A DNA stretch of 64,000 nucleotides from an uncultured virus (IMG/VR IMGVR_UViG_3300029288_000155) (Duplodnaviria > Heunggongvirae > Uroviricota > Caudoviricetes), in the IMG/VR virus record IMGVR_UViG_3300029288_000155. The stretch is one strand, 5' to 3'. Below, piece after piece: positions 60,901 to 64,000 of this stretch. Under the pieces are notes generated by a model, which worked only from the letters and a program-made list of their open reading frames with translations, made no database searches and was not told the origin of the DNA. The translations under genes were made by a program, and so were the position numbers. Each line of letters starts with the position of its first letter. Positions within the stretch are counted from its first letter, which is position 1.

Positions 60901-61040
60901 TTATTAATAGATATTTTAAAGAAAAAATTGATACATCTTTGACTGACTTTGTAAATTCTATTTGGATAGATGAAGTTCCTTCTAATTGGAAATATTTATG
61001 TCAATTAAGTGGAGAAGATGTTTCTGGATGGAATAGCTAA
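57969..61040 (+). CDS. Large GLUG-repeat / PASTA-like / right-handed beta-helix protein (possible virion appendage or depolymerase)
   Basis: WVPIG...FTGEFD, repeated VGG(I/F)xGxN, GSGDGTS...PGDTLLLDDGIY, Asn-rich beta-helix segments. Confidence 0.7.
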   Translation: MAIEIRTLLQLNDVRDILNGEYILMNNIDASWTKLSNVEALPLFETRLWNEGEFCRIESDDSLYWKVYEANEDTIEDPRISSNWNIIWEILKTDNEGWVPIGSSLTRFTGEFDCNEFIISKLYINNPTIDYVGFFGATSDANIKIRFIDSYITGKDRVGGIVGDNGHSSGSESNIYDSYFLGDILGNQYVGGICGRNNRYGRIRETFFKGTVSSSSIYVGGFVGYNYNGGEIENSYNIGDIIASSSYRGGFCGRQRNETGVEPHIINCFSVPTGGTSSGVAGFCEINNATILNCFFNNDLAELTIGSGGTSLTSIQIKTLNTFTDVNWDFPNIILLNECYVLNPEDANINHVWYILSENYPKLMWEKIEIPNLINTNISENIIQCSGFLVGDISYKYSKSIDQNKILEQSIDETEQYPYGTDIDINVSMGNNIKTYFASYERKGSGDGTSIYNSFLISDFWNIFIPGDTLLLDDGIYKGSESMITPTNGVKGDENFPTEIKAVNDGSVFINGEGENKPIYLINNDWFIIEGINVFNSNGSVVTLSNSSNNKLKRIIGWDAYDGNTNIFGVHSNSNNNLIEDCAGFGIARKIFSNSQMGNYLTLRRCFGRWEGSHYNGPKMTFTMAYNSYNAIYENCIGTWDAFRMDKNYLLKCSDENTYSKCNTLFENYEVDQPYGIFSRDRNDGDKDVNSYLLGSIAYVKDGQKCEGIPSLINISSLNKLYIKNSTAFASNEFIALYLSSFFKWEKNKSYTQIGEESSRGVIPTIYNGHYYIPLTTGVTSETQPIWPENGGTVEDGEVIWKDAGEIDLLIQNFNIFGTKNISNWNIENLIEEGDIYAENEANINFQYIDGVQTNVPLWPWPMDQRIYDAMTFAGYSNINGEDKRIIVTYEIKSIFLQNILSDIYENIINNYNNIVSYPYNNQTYISNIMLYMTNLTTSDYDDIINMFLLFSQTFSEMQSVLIAYNYSDYNLVPSVRVINRYFKEKIDTSLTDFVNSIWIDEVPSNWKYLCQLSGEDVSGWNS

Positions 61041-61100
61041 TTTTTTAAAGGAAAAAAATAAGAAAAATAGGAATTATAATATATTTAAAGGAAAGAATAT

Positions 61101-62519
61101 ATGAATTGGTATAAATTAGCACAAACTATTAATCATACATATGAAGTTAGAACAAATTATGTAGAAAGAATAGAAAATAAAATAAAATTTTTACAAAGAA
61201 AGGCAGATAGACTTGGGATTCCTAGAATGGAAATATCTGTTTCTAAACCTTTTATAAAAAACATAAATAAGTCTGAAAAGCAAATACAACAAGACAGTAG
61301 AATAGGAATAAAAGAAACAACAAGTCCAGTTGAATTTGTTCAAATTACAATAAGTGGAGAGCCTCCAAAGCTTCCTAATTGGCAATTTATCGGCAGAATA
61401 GAGCATACCCCTGAGGGCAATATTGTTTCTACTTCTCCAGATTCCTCAGTTCCAGTTCCTACTGAATATAGGAATTCTGCTCCATATTGTGAACATTGTA
61501 ACACTAATAGAGCTAGAAATGATACTTTTTTAGTATACAATACAACTACTCAAGAATTTAAACAAATTGGCAGTAGTTGTTTAAAAGATTTTTTAGGTCA
61601 TAAAGATGCTAAGGAATATGCTCAAATGTGGGCAGAATGGTCATTAATAGATACTCAATTAAAAGAAATGCAAGGAAATATGGATGACGACGATGAGTAT
61701 GGCGGCGGCAGGGGAGAGCGATTTGCAAATGTCTTATCTTATCTTGCAGCAGCAGTTAAAGTAATTAAAAGATTTGGATTTTCATCCACTACAATTAAAA
61801 GTACCGGGGAATATAATCCAGATTCTACTTTAAGTAAAGTAAATTATATTATGTTTCCTCCTAATCAAAATGAATCAGCTTATAATGAATGGGAAAATTT
61901 TATTCAAAAAAATCAATTAAATATAGATGACTCAGACTACACAGAAGCTCAAAGTATAATTGATTGGGGTAAAAATTTATCAGAAGAAAAAGTTTCTGGA
62001 AGCAATTATTTGCAGAATTTAAAAGTTATTTTGTCTAACGATGGAGTTAATCCAAGGCATTTAGGTATTCTTGTTAGCGCTCCTGTAGCAAAAATGAAAG
62101 ATGAAGAAAGAGAAATTTCTTATCAAAAAAGAGAGGAAGAAAACAAACAATCTGATTTTGTGGGAAAAGTAGGCGACAAAATATTAATGTCGGGAACTTT
62201 TGAAGGAAGTACTTCTTTTAATACTTCATTTGGGACAAGTCATGCTATTAATCTTCAAGATATAAATAAAAATAAATATACATGGTTTACACAAGACATC
62301 GGTTCTCTTATTGAATTTAATTTACAAAAAGGATCCCCTATTATCTTATTTGGAACAATTAAATCTCATGATGATAAATTTAAAGGGATTAAAAAAACTA
62401 TTTTAACTAGATGCAAAATCATGTCTCCAGATGCAGATAAAATAGACCCTTCCTTTTATAAACCTGAAGAATTTATAAAACAAAATAAAAAGAAAGCAAA
62501 TCTATTAATAGGATTTTAA
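61101..62519 (+). CDS. MNWYK-tagged protein with CEHC...GSSC zinc site and possible C-terminal OB fold
   Basis: MNWYKLAQ; YCEHCxxxRxR, QIGSSCLKDFLG; GTIKxH...TxLTR. Confidence 0.78.
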   Translation: MNWYKLAQTINHTYEVRTNYVERIENKIKFLQRKADRLGIPRMEISVSKPFIKNINKSEKQIQQDSRIGIKETTSPVEFVQITISGEPPKLPNWQFIGRIEHTPEGNIVSTSPDSSVPVPTEYRNSAPYCEHCNTNRARNDTFLVYNTTTQEFKQIGSSCLKDFLGHKDAKEYAQMWAEWSLIDTQLKEMQGNMDDDDEYGGGRGERFANVLSYLAAAVKVIKRFGFSSTTIKSTGEYNPDSTLSKVNYIMFPPNQNESAYNEWENFIQKNQLNIDDSDYTEAQSIIDWGKNLSEEKVSGSNYLQNLKVILSNDGVNPRHLGILVSAPVAKMKDEEREISYQKREEENKQSDFVGKVGDKILMSGTFEGSTSFNTSFGTSHAINLQDINKNKYTWFTQDIGSLIEFNLQKGSPIILFGTIKSHDDKFKGIKKTILTRCKIMSPDADKIDPSFYKPEEFIKQNKKKANLLIGF

Positions 62520-62533
62520 TTAGGAAAACAAAT

Positions 62534-62833
62534 ATGAAAATAATTAATACTGATACTTTTATAAAAAAAATGGCTCAATTGGCTCAAGAAGATAGTAATG
62601 AAAATATAGAAATAAATCAAAATGCTCCTTATTGGCAACTTCTAGAATCTCAATTTGGATCTATTTCTAAAATATCGGGAGAAGATAGAACTAAAGTAAA
62701 AAATAAGCAAGAAGCTATGAAAACTCCAGGAAAAACTTTTTATATAGATGAAATAGAAAAAGATGTAGTTCTTGTTAATGATGGAAAAATGTCTCAAATA
62801 TTAACTAAAGAAGCATTTAAATGGAAAATATAA
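62534..62833 (+). CDS. Hypothetical protein with MKIIxT...KMAQ leader
   Basis: 99-aa ORF, AGGA RBS. Confidence 0.7.
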   Translation: MKIINTDTFIKKMAQLAQEDSNENIEINQNAPYWQLLESQFGSISKISGEDRTKVKNKQEAMKTPGKTFYIDEIEKDVVLVNDGKMSQILTKEAFKWKI

Positions 62834-62834
62834 A

Positions 62835-63131
62835 ATGAATTGGCATAAAATCGCTCAAATAAAAACAATTCCAACTATACAAATTTTAAGTTATAATTAT
62901 ACTACAAATATATTAAAAGTTAATTTTAACGGAGGAAAAGGATATGCATATAAAGTTACTCCAGATTTATTTTATAGAATAAAAAAACTATTAGATCATC
63001 ACAATTTTTCTTTGGTTTCTAAAATATTAAAAAATAAATCCCAACAAGAAAAATTAAATAATTTAAGATTAGAAACAAAAGAAGAACAAGATTTAATTTT
63101 AAAAGACCTAGAAGAAAGAGGGTTTTTTTAG
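62835..63131 (+). CDS. MNWHK-tagged KTSC-like domain protein
   Basis: MNWHKIAQ; SYNxxxxILxVxFxxGxxYxYxV. Confidence 0.62.
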   Translation: MNWHKIAQIKTIPTIQILSYNYTTNILKVNFNGGKGYAYKVTPDLFYRIKKLLDHHNFSLVSKILKNKSQQEKLNNLRLETKEEQDLILKDLEERGFF

Positions 63132-63134
63132 AAT

Positions 63135-63368
63135 ATGGGGTGTAATTGCAATAAAAATAAAAAAGATATAAAGAAAATTACAATTACAAATGTTCCTATT
63201 GTAAAAAAAGAAAATGTGATAAATAATGAATCTTATAAGTTAACCAAATGCAATTCTTGTAAGTTTAATTCTAGAAAAAATATAAATGGAAGGTGTCTAA
63301 AAAGTAATAGATTAGTTTCAAACATAATAAAAGATATAAATTTTAAATGTCCTATAAATAGATTTTAA
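63135..63368 (+). CDS. Small Cys-rich protein
   Basis: MGCNC, CNSC, C, CP. Confidence 0.65.
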   Translation: MGCNCNKNKKDIKKITITNVPIVKKENVINNESYKLTKCNSCKFNSRKNINGRCLKSNRLVSNIIKDINFKCPINRF

Positions 63369-63733
63369 ATATGAATTCCTTGCTCTCTTAATAATTGCGT
63401 TTTTAATGAAGAACATTCTTCACATCTGAATTTAGGATTCTTATCATGCCTTTGATCATAGTTTTTAGAATGAACTAATCTATATCCTCTAGCTATTTTT
63501 CCACAATCTGAACATTGAATTTTCTCTTTTATTTCCCATTGAGCATCTAATTTATCTGATTTGAAAATATATAAATCAATAAAATAAAAAAATGCTCCTC
63601 CTATTAAATTTGCTATTACTGTTGCCCAGGTTACCCCTAATGATGCAAATAAAGCAACACATAAAGCTAAAATAGGAGTTGATAATTGCCACCGAAATAA
63701 ATATACAGTATATCTTTTCCAATTAAATTTCAT
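63365..63733 (-). CDS. Membrane protein (RWQLSTP motif) with C-terminal zinc finger
   Basis: Two hydrophobic helices; CSDC/CEEC. Confidence 0.75.
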   Translation of the reverse strand: MKFNWKRYTVYLFRWQLSTPILALCVALFASLGVTWATVIANLIGGAFFYFIDLYIFKSDKLDAQWEIKEKIQCSDCGKIARGYRLVHSKNYDQRHDKNPKFRCEECSSLKTQLLREQGIHI

Positions 63734-63752
63734 ATTTTCCCTTAGTAGAAAA

Positions 63753-64000
63753 TCAAAGTTGATTAAATCGTTCTTTGCCTAAATATGCTAAAACAAATTT
63801 TTCATTTAATTTCATTAAATTAATTTCTCTAGTATCAATAAACAGAGTTGTTGAGCTTTGCATTTTTTTATTTATTACATTATCTTTTAATTCATATCCT
63901 GTGACTATAACATATGGAAGATCTATAGCCTCTACTCTCATTAAAAGACCTTTTAAATTACTATATCTTTGATTGACTTCTTTAGGAGGAACCAAAAAAG
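63753..64000 (-). CDS. Hypothetical protein, probably 5'-truncated by the window edge
   Basis: Open frame running to the window end. Confidence 0.5.
   Translation of the reverse strand, partial: FLVPPKEVNQRYSNLKGLLMRVEAIDLPYVIVTGYELKDNVINKKMQSSTTLFIDTREINLMKLNEKFVLAYLGKERFNQL

Overview
Very AT-rich, gene-dense DNA in the standard genetic code, most consistent with a large (jumbo-type) tailed phage. No capsid, terminase, rRNA, tRNA or CRISPR array is visible in this window. There are three zones. (1) 1-20.7 kb: about 45 small + strand genes, nearly each preceded by its own copy of a non-canonical promoter-like element, TCCAGG-N17-TAtRnT (about 40 copies). Two of these drive ORF-free, strongly base-paired candidate ncRNAs. 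(2) 20.8-43.8 kb: an IS200/IS605 element (TnpA plus a TnpB with a rearranged RuvC site) and most of a set of 20 unrelated proteins sharing an N-terminal MNWYKx(A/S)Q tag; the last two lie at 61-63 kb. The tagged domains include four ADP-ribosyltransferase-like, three ParB/Srx-like, a kinase, a GNAT and two zincin proteases. The tag also occurs internally in an ArdC-like/zincin protein, at the C-terminus of a ferritin-like protein, and as a tag-only mini-ORF. I read this as a candidate virion cargo-loading/ejection signal on a modular effector arsenal (inference). (3) 43.8-64 kb: mostly minus-strand genes under canonical sigma70 promoters, including a second MTase/nuclease pair (the first is at 28-30 kb), a LAGLIDADG endonuclease, a macrodomain and a thioredoxin, plus a + strand GLUG/beta-helix protein. 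A second shared peptide, C-terminal (L/F)LD(L/I)(D/E), marks eight other proteins. All domain calls are by-eye motif recognition; no searches were run.
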